Notes: generated by a model not told the origin, from the letters alone. Counted from the first letter of the stretch, positions 9,326-18,555 are shown. The stretch is 64,000 bases of DNA from Patescibacteria group bacterium (GCA_041671565.1 JBAZBH010000003.1:572-64571); one strand, 5' to 3'. Numbers and translations: made by a program.

Positions 9326-9772
9326 ATGAATAAACAAAAAGGTTTTACTCTCGTCGAGCTTCTGGTGGTAATCGCGGTTATCGGCCTACTCGCCGTTTTG
9401 GCGGTGGCTTCGCTCAACAGCGGTCACAAAAAAGAGCGCGACTCGCGCCGGCTCGACCAGGTCAGCCAGATCAAGGCCGGTCTGGAAATGTATTTTCAAA
9501 AAAATAATGCTTATCCTCTTGCCACCGAGGCGATTGTCCTGGGCCAAGAGAGTTATGCTTGCCTCGGTCAAAAAGGCTTTACCACCGTGGCGGCTTGCGG
9601 CGAGAAACCGTATTTAGACTTGGTGCCAGCGGCGCCGACGCCGCCGTCGGATAGCGCTTATTATTACGGTTCCAGCGACGGCAGCAGTTACAGCGTGGGT
9701 TTTAACTTGGAAACCGGGTTGAATAACTTGAATTCTGGCGCGCATGTGTTGTCACCGGAGGGGATTCAGTAG
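9326..9772 (+). CDS. type IV pilin / pseudopilin with prepilin N-terminal methylation motif
   Basis: KGFTLVELLVVIAVIGLLA class III signal peptide motif. Confidence 0.75.
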   Translation: MNKQKGFTLVELLVVIAVIGLLAVLAVASLNSGHKKERDSRRLDQVSQIKAGLEMYFQKNNAYPLATEAIVLGQESYACLGQKGFTTVAACGEKPYLDLVPAAPTPPSDSAYYYGSSDGSSYSVGFNLETGLNNLNSGAHVLSPEGIQ

Positions 9773-9927
9773 GTGGTTAGAGAGCCAGACAGCCAGAGAG
9801 TTAGAGAGTTAGAAAATTAGAATCACATAACACATAACATGGAACAAGGAGCTAAGTCGGCGTTTTGTTCCATGTTATGTGTTATGTGATTTTTGAATTA
9901 TTTCAATAAAAATGCTAAAATACCCTC

Positions 9928-10686
9928 ATGAATTGGTTGATTTTCGCTTTAATTTTGGCTGCTGGTTTGGCAGTCGGCAGTTTTATTAGTTGCCTGATTT
10001 GGCGGCTTCGCGTTGGCCGAAGTATCTGGGAGCGTCATTCGGTTTGCCCGCGTTGTCTTCACCCTTTGGGTTTTAAGGACTTGTGGCCGATCTTAAGTTA
10101 TGCTCTGCAAAAAGGCCGTTGCCGTTATTGCCAAGAGTTTATTTCCTGGCAGTATCCGGTCGTGGAAGGCGCGACCGCGATTTTGTTCTGGCTCGCTTAT
10201 TGGCGTTTTGGTTTAAGCTGGCAACTGGCCGCCAATTGCTTGTTTCTGGTGATTTTACTGATAATTTTTATTTACGACCTGAAGTATTATCAGATTTTAG
10301 ATAAAGTGGTTTTACCGGCGATCGCGCTGGCTTTAGTTATTAATTTCTGGCTGGGAGCGGATATTTGGCGGTTGCTCCTCGGTGGACTGGTAGGCGGCGC
10401 CTGGTTTCTTTGGCAATGGCTGGTTTCCCGTGGCCGCTGGGTGGGGGATGGCGATATCCGTCTGGGCTTACTTCTTGGTGTGATGCTCGGCTGGCCGCAA
10501 GTTATTTTGGCGCTGTTTCTTGCTTATATTTCTGGCGCGGCGGTGAGCTTGGCTTTGCTGGCCGCCGGCAAGAAAAAACTGAAGTCGCCCATGCCGCTGG
10601 GCGTGTTTCTCGCCGCTGGCGGCGCGGTTGGTTTATTTTTTGGCGAGGAGATAATCAGTTGGTATTTAAAATTAAGCGGTTTTTAA
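9928..10686 (+). CDS. pilD: prepilin peptidase (A24 family, PilD-like)
   Basis: N-terminal CPRC...CRYC zinc motif, polytopic membrane protein, conserved Asp-containing segments. Confidence 0.8.
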   Translation: MNWLIFALILAAGLAVGSFISCLIWRLRVGRSIWERHSVCPRCLHPLGFKDLWPILSYALQKGRCRYCQEFISWQYPVVEGATAILFWLAYWRFGLSWQLAANCLFLVILLIIFIYDLKYYQILDKVVLPAIALALVINFWLGADIWRLLLGGLVGGAWFLWQWLVSRGRWVGDGDIRLGLLLGVMLGWPQVILALFLAYISGAAVSLALLAAGKKKLKSPMPLGVFLAAGGAVGLFFGEEIISWYLKLSGF

Positions 10687-10743
10687 TATACCAAATCGTG
10701 TTAGTCGCCTTTTATTTTTAGTTGGTAATTAGAGATAATCGGA

Positions 10744-10806
10744 TTAGCCAACTGGCTGGAATGCGATGCGAATGCTACAAATTACATACGAATACTACGA
10801 ATAATT
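10744..10806 (+). promoter_or_regulatory. conserved ~60-nt upstream element (copy 2 of 3)
   Basis: See 8622-8687; lies immediately 5' of the NUDIX gene start. Confidence 0.45.
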
Positions 10807-10812
10807 AATATA

Positions 10813-11325
10813 TTGAATATGCTTCCATATCGGTTTTGCCCCAAATGCGGTGGACGGTTAAAAACGGCCAAACCTTCGGCGCCAGAATGTCGGCAGTGCG
10901 GCTTTATTTTTTTTCAGAATTCGGCCTTAGCTTTCGGCGCGTTGATTATTGACGCTCGGGGCCGGATACTTCTCGCTCGGCGGAAGTTCGCGCCGCAGAA
11001 AGGCAAATGGGATCTGCTTGGCGGCTTTTTACTCTACGGCGAAGAAGCCGAAGACGCGGTGGCGCGAGAGCTAAAAGAGGAATTGGGGATTAAAGTTAAA
11101 GAGTCGCGGTTGATCGGCACAGAAGTAGGCGACTATCTTTTTCAGGGAATAAAGTTTAAAACCATGAATTTGTTTTATTTAGTCAGCGACTGGCGGGGAG
11201 AAATCCGGCCGCAGGATGATGTTGCCTCGGTTACTTGGTTTAACCGCAAAGATTTGCCCCGGACCGGCTGGGCTTTTGGCTGGATCACGAAAGCGATTAA
11301 GAAATGGCAGAGGGGCGAGCTTTAG
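10813..11325 (+). CDS. NUDIX hydrolase with N-terminal zinc ribbon
   Basis: CPKCGG...CRQCG zinc ribbon; Nudix box GGFLLYGEEAEDAVARELKEELG. Confidence 0.75.
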   Translation: MNMLPYRFCPKCGGRLKTAKPSAPECRQCGFIFFQNSALAFGALIIDARGRILLARRKFAPQKGKWDLLGGFLLYGEEAEDAVARELKEELGIKVKESRLIGTEVGDYLFQGIKFKTMNLFYLVSDWRGEIRPQDDVASVTWFNRKDLPRTGWAFGWITKAIKKWQRGEL

Positions 11326-11425
11326 ATTAGTTCATTAGTTCATTAGTTCATTAGTTTATTAGTTTATTAGTTCATTAGTTTATTAGTTCATTAGTTCATT
11401 AGTTTTTAGTTAATTAGTTTGTTGG
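11326..11425. repeat. tandem octamer repeat (cattagtt)n, about 11 units
   Basis: Direct tandem repeat between the NUDIX gene and ligA. Confidence 0.7.
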
Positions 11426-11428
11426 TTT

Positions 11429-13468
11429 ATGGCGAAAAATCTAAATAAAACCGAGGTGCAGGAACGGATGAGTAAGCTGGTTAAACAAATTGATGATCTT
11501 CGCTACCGCTACCATGTTTTGAATGACCCGACCGTTTCGGACGAGGTTTATGATTCGCTCCAGCGAGAGCTGAAATCTCTGGAAGCCGAATACCCCGAGT
11601 TGAAGTTAGCTGATTCGCCTTTATCCCGGATTGGCGGCCGGCCGCTCGATAAGTTTGTTAAAGTCCGCCACGCGGTGCGCCAGTGGTCGTTTGATGATAT
11701 TTTTGAAGAGGCGGAACTCGCCGACTGGGAAGAGCGGATTCTCAAGATTCTGGAAAAGGAAACCGGCGGCCGGCCGAGCCTAGAATATTGCTGTGAATTG
11801 AAAATCGACGGCCTGCATTTAGTTTTAACTTATGAAGGCGGCCGGTTGAAACTCGGCGCCACGCGCGGCGACGGGCTGGTGGGCGAGGATGTGACCCAAA
11901 ATGTAAAAACCATCCAAAGTTTGCCCTTAAAACTCAACCGTGAAGCCGATATTATCGTGGAAGGCGAGATTTGGCTCTCTGCCGAAGAGCTGAAAAAGAT
12001 TAATGAGAAAAGGAAGCAGGCGGGCGAGCCGGAGTTTGCCAATCCGCGCAACGCCGCCGCCGGCACCATCCGCCAGTTGGATTCGCAAGTGGTGGCTGAC
12101 CGGCATTTGGATTGCTTTATTTATGACTGGTCGGGCGGCAGGGAAGTGTTGCCGCGGTCGCAAGTGGAGGAGCTGGAAAGTTTAAAAAAACTGGGTTTTA
12201 AAGTTAATCCGTATTATCGTTTGTGTCACAACATCGCCGAAGTGGCGGACTATTGGCGGACTTGGGAAAAGCGGCGCGGCAGTGAGCCGTATTGGCTGGA
12301 TGGCGTAGTGATTAAGGTTAACCAAAAAGAATATCAAGACCGGTTGGGCTATATTGGCAAAGCGCCGCGTTGGGCTGTGGCTTTCAAATTCCCAGCCGAA
12401 AGGGTAACGACGGTGGTGGAAGACATCCAGATTCAGGTCGGGCGGCTGGGCACCATGACGCCGGTCGCTCATTTGCGGCCGGTCAAACTCGCCGGCACCA
12501 CGGTTAAGCGCGCCACCCTCCACAATGAAGACCAGATCAAAAAACTGGGCGTGAAAATCGGCGACACGGTGGTCATCCAAAAAGCCGGCGACATTATCCC
12601 GGAAGTGGTTGAAGTTTTGCCTGATCTGCGGACCGGCAAAGAAAGAAATTTTAAAATGCCGCAGAATTGCCCGATTTGCGGCTCGCCGGTAAAGAAGCAG
12701 GTGAGTAGCGACAAAAAGGCGGCTGAGAGCGTGGCTTATTTCTGTTCCAATAAGCAGTGCCTCGCCCAAGAGCAGGCGGCGGTGATTCATTTGGTTTCGC
12801 GGAAAGCTTTCAATATCGACGGTCTGGGCGAGAAAATCGTGGAGCAACTGATGGCGGCCGGCTTAGTCAAAGACGCGGCTGATATTTTTACTCTGAAAGT
12901 TGAAGATTTGGAGCCGCTGGAAAGGTTTGCCGAGAAGTCAGCTCAAAATCTAGTTGAGGCGATTGCCGTTGCCAAAACCACGACTTTAGCTAAGTTCATT
13001 TATGCCCTCGGCATCCGCCATGTGGGTGAAGAAACCGCGATTAATCTCGCCAGTCACTTTGGCAGTTTGGACAAATTAATTAAAGCCAGCGCGGAAGAGT
13101 TGCAAAAAGCCAAAGACATCGGCGCCGTGGTGGCAAAGTCGCTCCGGGATTACTTTGGCGCGGCGGTGAATTTGAAGTTGGTTGAGCGGCTACTCGGGGC
13201 CGGGGTGGTGATAAAACAGCCAGAAATAAAGAAACAAAGAAATAAAGAAATTGCCGGCAAAAAGTTTGTGGTAACGGGTACGCTCTCTAGTTTAAGCCGG
13301 GAAGAAGCCAAAGAGCGGATTCGGCAGGCCGGCGGGGAAGTGGCGGAGTCGGTGTCGCGGAAGACTGATTTTGTCGTCGTCGGCGAAAACCCGGGGAGTA
13401 AGGCGGAGAAGGCAAGGGAATTAGGGGTGAAGGTGTTGGATGAAAAGGGGTTTTTGGGGCTGTTATAA
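11429..13468 (+). CDS. ligA: NAD-dependent DNA ligase LigA
   Basis: KxDG adenylation motif (ELKIDGLHL), Cys4 zinc finger, HhH and C-terminal BRCT. Confidence 0.9.
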   Translation: MAKNLNKTEVQERMSKLVKQIDDLRYRYHVLNDPTVSDEVYDSLQRELKSLEAEYPELKLADSPLSRIGGRPLDKFVKVRHAVRQWSFDDIFEEAELADWEERILKILEKETGGRPSLEYCCELKIDGLHLVLTYEGGRLKLGATRGDGLVGEDVTQNVKTIQSLPLKLNREADIIVEGEIWLSAEELKKINEKRKQAGEPEFANPRNAAAGTIRQLDSQVVADRHLDCFIYDWSGGREVLPRSQVEELESLKKLGFKVNPYYRLCHNIAEVADYWRTWEKRRGSEPYWLDGVVIKVNQKEYQDRLGYIGKAPRWAVAFKFPAERVTTVVEDIQIQVGRLGTMTPVAHLRPVKLAGTTVKRATLHNEDQIKKLGVKIGDTVVIQKAGDIIPEVVEVLPDLRTGKERNFKMPQNCPICGSPVKKQVSSDKKAAESVAYFCSNKQCLAQEQAAVIHLVSRKAFNIDGLGEKIVEQLMAAGLVKDAADIFTLKVEDLEPLERFAEKSAQNLVEAIAVAKTTTLAKFIYALGIRHVGEETAINLASHFGSLDKLIKASAEELQKAKDIGAVVAKSLRDYFGAAVNLKLVERLLGAGVVIKQPEIKKQRNKEIAGKKFVVTGTLSSLSREEAKERIRQAGGEVAESVSRKTDFVVVGENPGSKAEKARELGVKVLDEKGFLGLL

Positions 13469-13477
13469 AGAGAATCA

Positions 13478-13612
13478 AAAAAATAATTCAAAATTCAAAA
13501 GGCAAAATTCAAAATTACAAGTAAAAAGTCAAAAGCGGTACCAACTACGACTTTTTACTTTTGACCTGTACTTTTGCCTTTTGAATTTTGACTTTTGACT
13601 TTATTCTTGGTT
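13478..13612. repeat. long AT-rich palindrome, likely a bidirectional terminator
   Basis: aaaattcaaaaggcaaa...tttgccttttgaatttt inverted repeat. Confidence 0.55.
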
Positions 13613-13670
13613 TGTCAATTAGTCGGCCTAGCTGGTATAATAAGGCTGCCTAAATTCAGGCATTTTTCCT

Positions 13671-13961
13671 ATGAAAATCAGCCAAAAAGAAATTGAACAT
13701 ATCGCTAGGCTTGCTCGGTTGGAGCTAACTTCGGCGGACAAGAAAAAATATGCCGGGCAACTCTCGGAGATTTTGGATTATATTGACCAATTAAAAACCG
13801 TTGATACTGCCGGCGTAACGCCGACTTATCAAGTCACCGGCCTCGGCGATGTGTCTCGCGCTGACGAAATTCAGCCGCTTGAAGCGGTTAAAGCGATTAA
13901 AGATAATTGGCCGGATCGGCAGGGTGATTATTTGAAGGTGCCGGGAGTTTTTGATAAATAA
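13671..13961 (+). CDS. gatC: Glu/Asp-tRNA amidotransferase subunit C
   Basis: 96 aa; ARLARLEL...IDQL motif typical of GatC; directly upstream of gatA. Confidence 0.8.
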   Translation: MKISQKEIEHIARLARLELTSADKKKYAGQLSEILDYIDQLKTVDTAGVTPTYQVTGLGDVSRADEIQPLEAVKAIKDNWPDRQGDYLKVPGVFDK

Positions 13962-13964
13962 AAT

Positions 13965-14060
13965 GAGTATTCAGGGAACAGTATGCAGTATTCAGGGGTT
14001 CAGATTAGCCGTTCGGGGATATAGTTCCCTGAATACTGCATACTGTTCCCCGAATACTCA
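13965..14060. repeat. palindromic repeat, gaatactgttccctgaatact family (copy 1 of 3)
   Basis: Inverted repeat cagggaacagtatgcagtattcagggg / cccctgaatactg...; related copies at 40268-40395 and 46271-46372. Confidence 0.65.
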
Positions 14061-14064
14061 AAAT

Positions 14065-15525
14065 ATGGATTTAAATCAACTGACAATCAAAGCAGCCCAT
14101 GAGGGCCTACGGAAAAAGGAATTTTCCGCGAGCGAACTTTTGGCGACTTGTTTTCAGCAACTGCAAAAATGGGAGCCGAAATTGAATGCTTATATTACTC
14201 TGAACGAAGCCGGCGCGGAAAAGGCGGCCCAGGCGGTTGACCGGCGGATTGCCAGTGGCGAAGAAATTTCTTATCTCGCCGGACTGCCGTTCGGGGTCAA
14301 AGACGCGATTTGTACTGAAGGGCTCCGTTCGACCGGTGGGGCGAAAATTTTGGATAATTATTTGCCGCCGTATGACGCGACGGTGATTCGGAAAATCAGA
14401 GCCAGCGGGGGAGTGATAATCGGCAAAAACAATTGTGATGCTTTTGGCCACGGCGCGTCGAACGAAAACAGCGATTACGGCCCGGTGAAAAACCCTTGGG
14501 ATCAGACTAAAGTGCCTGGCGGTTCGTCCGGCGGCTCAGCCGCGGCGGTGGCGACCGATTCTTGCTTTTACGCTGTGGCCGAAGACACCGGCGGTTCCAT
14601 TCGCCAACCGGCGTCATTTTGCGGCGTCACCGGCCTGAAACCGAGCTACGGCCGCAATTCCCGTTATGGTATTATGCCCATGGCTTCATCCCTGGACACC
14701 GTCGGCCCGATTGCCAAAACCGCTTGGGACGCGGCCGCGATTATGGAAACCATGGCGGGTTTTGATCCCCGTGACAGTACGACTTTTAACCAGCCGGCGC
14801 CGCGCTATACCAAGGAAATTGAACGACCGGTTAAAGGCTTGAAACTCGGACTGCCCAAAGAATACTTTGCCGCCGGCCTAGACGCCGAGCACGAGCGGGC
14901 GATTCGCGCCGCGATTAGCGAACTGGAAAGTTTGGGCGTTGAAGTCAAAGAAGTCAGCTTGCCGCACACCCGTTATGCCGTGGCGACTTATTATATTATT
15001 GTGCCGAGTGAAGACAGCGCCAATCTCGCGCGGCTGGACGGCATCCGTTATGGCGTCCGCGAGTCTGCCGACAGTTTGTTTGAAGTTTACGCCAATTCGC
15101 GCCAGAGCGGCCTGCCGGCGGAAGTGAAACGCCGGATTATGATTGGCACTTTTGCTTTGTCGCATGGTTATTATGATGCTTATTACACCCAGGCGGCCAA
15201 AGTCCGGACGCTCATCAAACGAGATTTTACCGAAGTATTTAAAGAAGTTGACGCTTTAGTTACGCCGGTTTCGCCGTTTTCACCCTTTCCGTTAGGCGCC
15301 AAAGCTGATGACCCGCTAGCCATGTACCTGGCTGATATTTATTTGATTCCGGCTAGCCTCTCCGGTGTGTGCGGTTTGTCCGTGCCTTGCGGCTTTACTG
15401 CCCGGAATCTGCCGATTGGTTTGCAGTTGATTGGTCCCTCGCTGGGCGAAGAAGTGGTTTTGCGCCTGGGCCACCAATATCAGGCGGTGACGGATTGGCA
15501 TCAACAGAAGCCCAAATTAAATTGA
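14065..15525 (+). CDS. gatA: Glu/Asp-tRNA amidotransferase subunit A (amidase signature family)
   Basis: Amidase signature GGSSGGSAAAVA...; start moved to the Met at 14065, beyond the repeat. Confidence 0.9.
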   Translation: MDLNQLTIKAAHEGLRKKEFSASELLATCFQQLQKWEPKLNAYITLNEAGAEKAAQAVDRRIASGEEISYLAGLPFGVKDAICTEGLRSTGGAKILDNYLPPYDATVIRKIRASGGVIIGKNNCDAFGHGASNENSDYGPVKNPWDQTKVPGGSSGGSAAAVATDSCFYAVAEDTGGSIRQPASFCGVTGLKPSYGRNSRYGIMPMASSLDTVGPIAKTAWDAAAIMETMAGFDPRDSTTFNQPAPRYTKEIERPVKGLKLGLPKEYFAAGLDAEHERAIRAAISELESLGVEVKEVSLPHTRYAVATYYIIVPSEDSANLARLDGIRYGVRESADSLFEVYANSRQSGLPAEVKRRIMIGTFALSHGYYDAYYTQAAKVRTLIKRDFTEVFKEVDALVTPVSPFSPFPLGAKADDPLAMYLADIYLIPASLSGVCGLSVPCGFTARNLPIGLQLIGPSLGEEVVLRLGHQYQAVTDWHQQKPKLN

Positions 15526-15526
15526 A

Positions 15527-15660
15527 ATGCAAAAATCAAAAATTAAAATGACAATTCAAAATTAAAAATGTCTGGTAGACTAGTTTATAGCTATAAACCG
15601 TTAAACAGCCACTAATTTTACATTTTTTCATTGTCATTTTCCATTTTGATTTTTAATTTT
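15527..15660. repeat. AT-rich palindrome family gtcattttccattttgatttttaatttt
   Basis: Related copy at 44445-44600 upstream of Cys-rich paralog 1. Confidence 0.5.
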
Positions 15661-15665
15661 TACAT

Positions 15666-16103
15666 TTGGTTATGTCCATTACCCTTGCCCCAATTGATTA
15701 TTTCTGGCTAATTTTACTGGTTGCCGTGGTTCTAGGTTTAGCCGTTTTTTTGGTTCGCCGCCGTCGGGCGGTTGAGCCGGAAACTTTAGCCGAGATTAAG
15801 CGGCAATGGCAGGGGATTGAGGATTTATTAAAACAGCCGGGTGGCAGTTCTTGGCAGGTGGCGGTAATGGAAGCGGATAAGCTGGTTGACTACGGTTTTA
15901 AGACTTTAGGCATTCCGGGCAAAGATTTTGGCGAACGGGTGCGGTTTTTCAGCTACCAGAATTCTAGCATCCGCGCGGTTTGGCCGGCGCATCAAATTCG
16001 CAACCGCCTAGTGCATGAGCCGAATTTTAAGCTGGATCAAAAGACGGCAGCGCGGGCGATTAGCCAGTTTAAAGCGGCGTTGAAGGTGATGAAGGTTTTA
16101 TAG
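15666..16103 (+). CDS. hypothetical membrane-anchored protein
   Basis: N-terminal transmembrane helix then a soluble domain; no family recognised. Confidence 0.4.
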   Translation: MVMSITLAPIDYFWLILLVAVVLGLAVFLVRRRRAVEPETLAEIKRQWQGIEDLLKQPGGSSWQVAVMEADKLVDYGFKTLGIPGKDFGERVRFFSYQNSSIRAVWPAHQIRNRLVHEPNFKLDQKTAARAISQFKAALKVMKVL

Positions 16104-16145
16104 CAATAAGCTTTAAGCTATAAGCAATAAGCAAATTCAAAAGTT

Positions 16146-16187
16146 ACAGCTTACAGCTTACAGCTTACAGCTTACAGCTTACAGCTT
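16146..16187. repeat. tandem heptamer repeat (cagctta)x6 inside a palindromic frame
   Basis: Direct repeats flanked by ataagcaataagc / gcttattgcttat. Confidence 0.7.
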
Positions 16188-16199
16188 ATTGCTTATAAC

Positions 16200-17387
16200 T
16201 TGTTTATGTTTAAAAAACTAGCCATCTTATTAGTTATTGCTTGTTTATTTCTACCGACCGTGGTGGCGGCCGCTTTTAAATATGACCTCGGCGTCCACCA
16301 TGAGGATATTAGAATCGTCGGTGGCCAGCTCATCGCTGGCAAAACCATGAACGCCGTGGCGCGAATCCATAATTACGGCTCCGAGGATGCCAAGGGTTAT
16401 TGCTCGTTTTATTTGGGCGAGGCGCTACTCAGCGATTCGCAGGTGATTTCCATTTTGTCTGGCACTTACGACGACGTCTGGGTGGAGTTGCCAGTGCCCA
16501 AAGCCGCTTTTAATATTCGGGTGGTAATCAACATTCAAGGCCAGACCGATGAACGGCCGGAAAATAACCAAGATCAAACTGGCATGCTTTATCCGGATAT
16601 TGATACTGACGGTGACGGCTCGGGCAACCAACAAGACACTGACGATGACAATGATGGCCTGATTGACACTGAAGAAACCAGAATTGGCACCAATCCGCTA
16701 CTTGCCGATACTGACGGCGACGGGCGGCCGGACGGGCAAGACGCTTTTCCGCTCGATCCGGCTCGCTGGCAAGTAGTGGTGGTTCCGCCGCCGGTCGTAA
16801 AACCGGTCGTGGCGCCGGTGGTTCCGGTAGTTGCCAAAACTCCGGCGGCAACTGTTGCCGCTAGTGAATCGGCGCCAAAGCCGGCCGAGCCAGCGCCGCT
16901 GGCTGAGGATAATTTACTTAGTAAAATCAAGCCGACAGTTTTGGGGCTAGAAACCGGTGAGAAAGTTAATATAATTTATCAGCCGCTCGGCTGGGGCAAG
17001 TACAAATTTCAAGCTGATTTGCCGGCCGCCGCAACGGGAGAGGCCAGTTATTTTTGGGATTTTGGCGATGGCGGCCAATCGGCCGACAGCCTCGCTGTCC
17101 ACCATTTTTGGCATGCCGGCCATTTTCAAGTTAAATTAAAGGTGATTGACCAGGCGGGCGCGGTTAAAACCGGAGACTTAAATTTAAGCATTTCTTGGTT
17201 TAATCCGGGCAATTACCAATTGTGGTTGATTGTCTTTTTGCTTTGTGCTATTATTTTTGGACTGCTCTTTAGCTTGCGGTTGGGGCATTTATCCCGCCCG
17301 GTAGAAGTTTTACCCGCGGAACCTGATAAATTAGACGATTTTAATAAATTAATAAATAAAAAATCATATGTCCGAAGAAAAAAATAA
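16200..17387 (+). CDS. secreted/membrane protein with thrombospondin-type-3-like Ca-binding Asp repeats, a PKD-like domain and a C-terminal transmembrane anchor
   Basis: Signal peptide; DTDGDGSGNQQDTDDDNDG and DTDGDGRPDGQD repeats; WDFGDGG PKD-like motif; Pro/Val-rich linker. Confidence 0.5.
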   Translation: MFMFKKLAILLVIACLFLPTVVAAAFKYDLGVHHEDIRIVGGQLIAGKTMNAVARIHNYGSEDAKGYCSFYLGEALLSDSQVISILSGTYDDVWVELPVPKAAFNIRVVINIQGQTDERPENNQDQTGMLYPDIDTDGDGSGNQQDTDDDNDGLIDTEETRIGTNPLLADTDGDGRPDGQDAFPLDPARWQVVVVPPPVVKPVVAPVVPVVAKTPAATVAASESAPKPAEPAPLAEDNLLSKIKPTVLGLETGEKVNIIYQPLGWGKYKFQADLPAAATGEASYFWDFGDGGQSADSLAVHHFWHAGHFQVKLKVIDQAGAVKTGDLNLSISWFNPGNYQLWLIVFLLCAIIFGLLFSLRLGHLSRPVEVLPAEPDKLDDFNKLINKKSYVRRKK

Positions 17388-17973
17388 GTGGTATCAAGAG
17401 GGCGGCTTTATGGCCGGACTGGCGGTCGGCGCGGCAGTAATCGCCGTGGCGGCGTTCGTCGGCATTTTTGTCATGCTCTCGGGTGACGACCAGGGAACAG
17501 TGAACACCAATCAGGCAGTCAATCAGCCAGCAGTCAATCAGCCAGCGGCGGCTATAACCACAGAAGCGCCGACAGCGGCTGGTATCAGCACTTTTTCCGT
17601 CAAAGCCGGAGCCGAAGTTTGTAAGCAAGATGGCAAGCCGGTGATCTACCTTTTCTCCACCACTTGGTGCCCTCATTGCCAGTGGATTAAAGAGACTTTT
17701 GACACCCTAGTGAAAAAATATGTCGCTGAAGGCAAAATTGTCGCTTATCACTGGGAACTGGACACTGGCGATGATACCTTGACCAGCGCGGTGGAAACTG
17801 CCGTCCCAGCCGAGATGGAAGCGGTTTATAAAGAATTTAATCCCAAAGGCTCAATCCCGACCTATGTCCTTGGTTGCAAGTATTTCCGCGTCGGTAATGG
17901 TTATGAGAGCCAGCAGGACCTCAAGGCCGAAGCCGCCGAAATCGAAGCGGCAATTGCGGATTTGTTGAAGTAA
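17368..17973 (+). CDS. thioredoxin-fold thiol-disulfide oxidoreductase, membrane anchored
   Basis: N-terminal transmembrane helix; WCPHC active-site motif. Confidence 0.6.
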   Translation: MSEEKNKWYQEGGFMAGLAVGAAVIAVAAFVGIFVMLSGDDQGTVNTNQAVNQPAVNQPAAAITTEAPTAAGISTFSVKAGAEVCKQDGKPVIYLFSTTWCPHCQWIKETFDTLVKKYVAEGKIVAYHWELDTGDDTLTSAVETAVPAEMEAVYKEFNPKGSIPTYVLGCKYFRVGNGYESQQDLKAEAAEIEAAIADLLK

Positions 17974-18149
17974 GACAAGAAGTTAAGATATCGTAATGAC
18001 CCCGTCGCGGCGGGGTCATTTAGTTTAATTAGATAGGCTTATTTAGCCATGAATGAGCGAGATTTAGTAGAACGATGTGTAGGGGCAATTCACGAATTGC
18101 CCCAAACAAATCATCTTAATTCTACTAATATGTTTTTTCATCGCCTGCG

Positions 18150-18410
18150 GCGGGCTTGTCACTTTTGTGACCAAAAGTAACCAAAAGTCCCGGGGTGGCA
18201 AAAAGCCCGAGCTCGTGGCTTCTACCTACTTCTCGCTCCGCCTCACCTCGCAGTCGCTATCTTTGGTTCTATTCCTAGATATATCGCTTTGCGGCAACAT
18301 ATACCTACTTGATACTCGGGCAGGTCGGCTCGTCTCGGGGCTTTGCCACCCCGGACCCCGATTCTGGTTGGCTTATGTCTTTGTAGCGGTTCTGTCTAGT
18401 AGTTATGGGA
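18150..18410 (+). ncRNA. candidate structured non-coding element, copy 1 of 2; the ORF called across it is probably spurious
   Basis: Shares conserved ends with 33265-33560: 5' ttttgtgaccaaaagtaaccaaaagtcccgg..ggggtggcaaaaagcccg, 3' cggggctttgccaccccggaccccgattctggttgg; long-range complementarity between the ends. Confidence 0.35.
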
Positions 18411-18555
18411 TCTTAAAAACTTATAACTTGTTGTCGGGTTGAAATTAAATCGGAAATCAGCTAGAATAGGGGGTGCCGATTAAAATCGGAATTTTTGTGT
18501 ATTTAAGGGGTTTTTGGAAGGTTGAGGGTTAGTTTAAAAAAATAATGCTGTCTAG

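Noticed and set aside
13951-14064. The N-terminal extension of gatA from 13951
   Set aside because: The extension translates the gaatactg palindromic repeat. The conserved GatA sequence starts at the Met at 14065.
18150-18410. Calling the duplicated structured element RNase P RNA
   Set aside because: Only a weak resemblance to the P4 5' strand (aaagtcccgg) was found. The conserved CR-IV/CR-V blocks are not recognisable, and two copies would be unusual. It is left as an unclassified ncRNA candidate.
18167-18442. ORFs 18167-18442 and 33280-33564 encoding similar 'proteins' (MTKSNQKSR...LCGNIYLL...GLCHPGPRFWL)
   Set aside because: Conservation is at the nucleotide level, with indels that would shift a reading frame. 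The elements have paired termini. These are better explained as a duplicated non-coding structured element.
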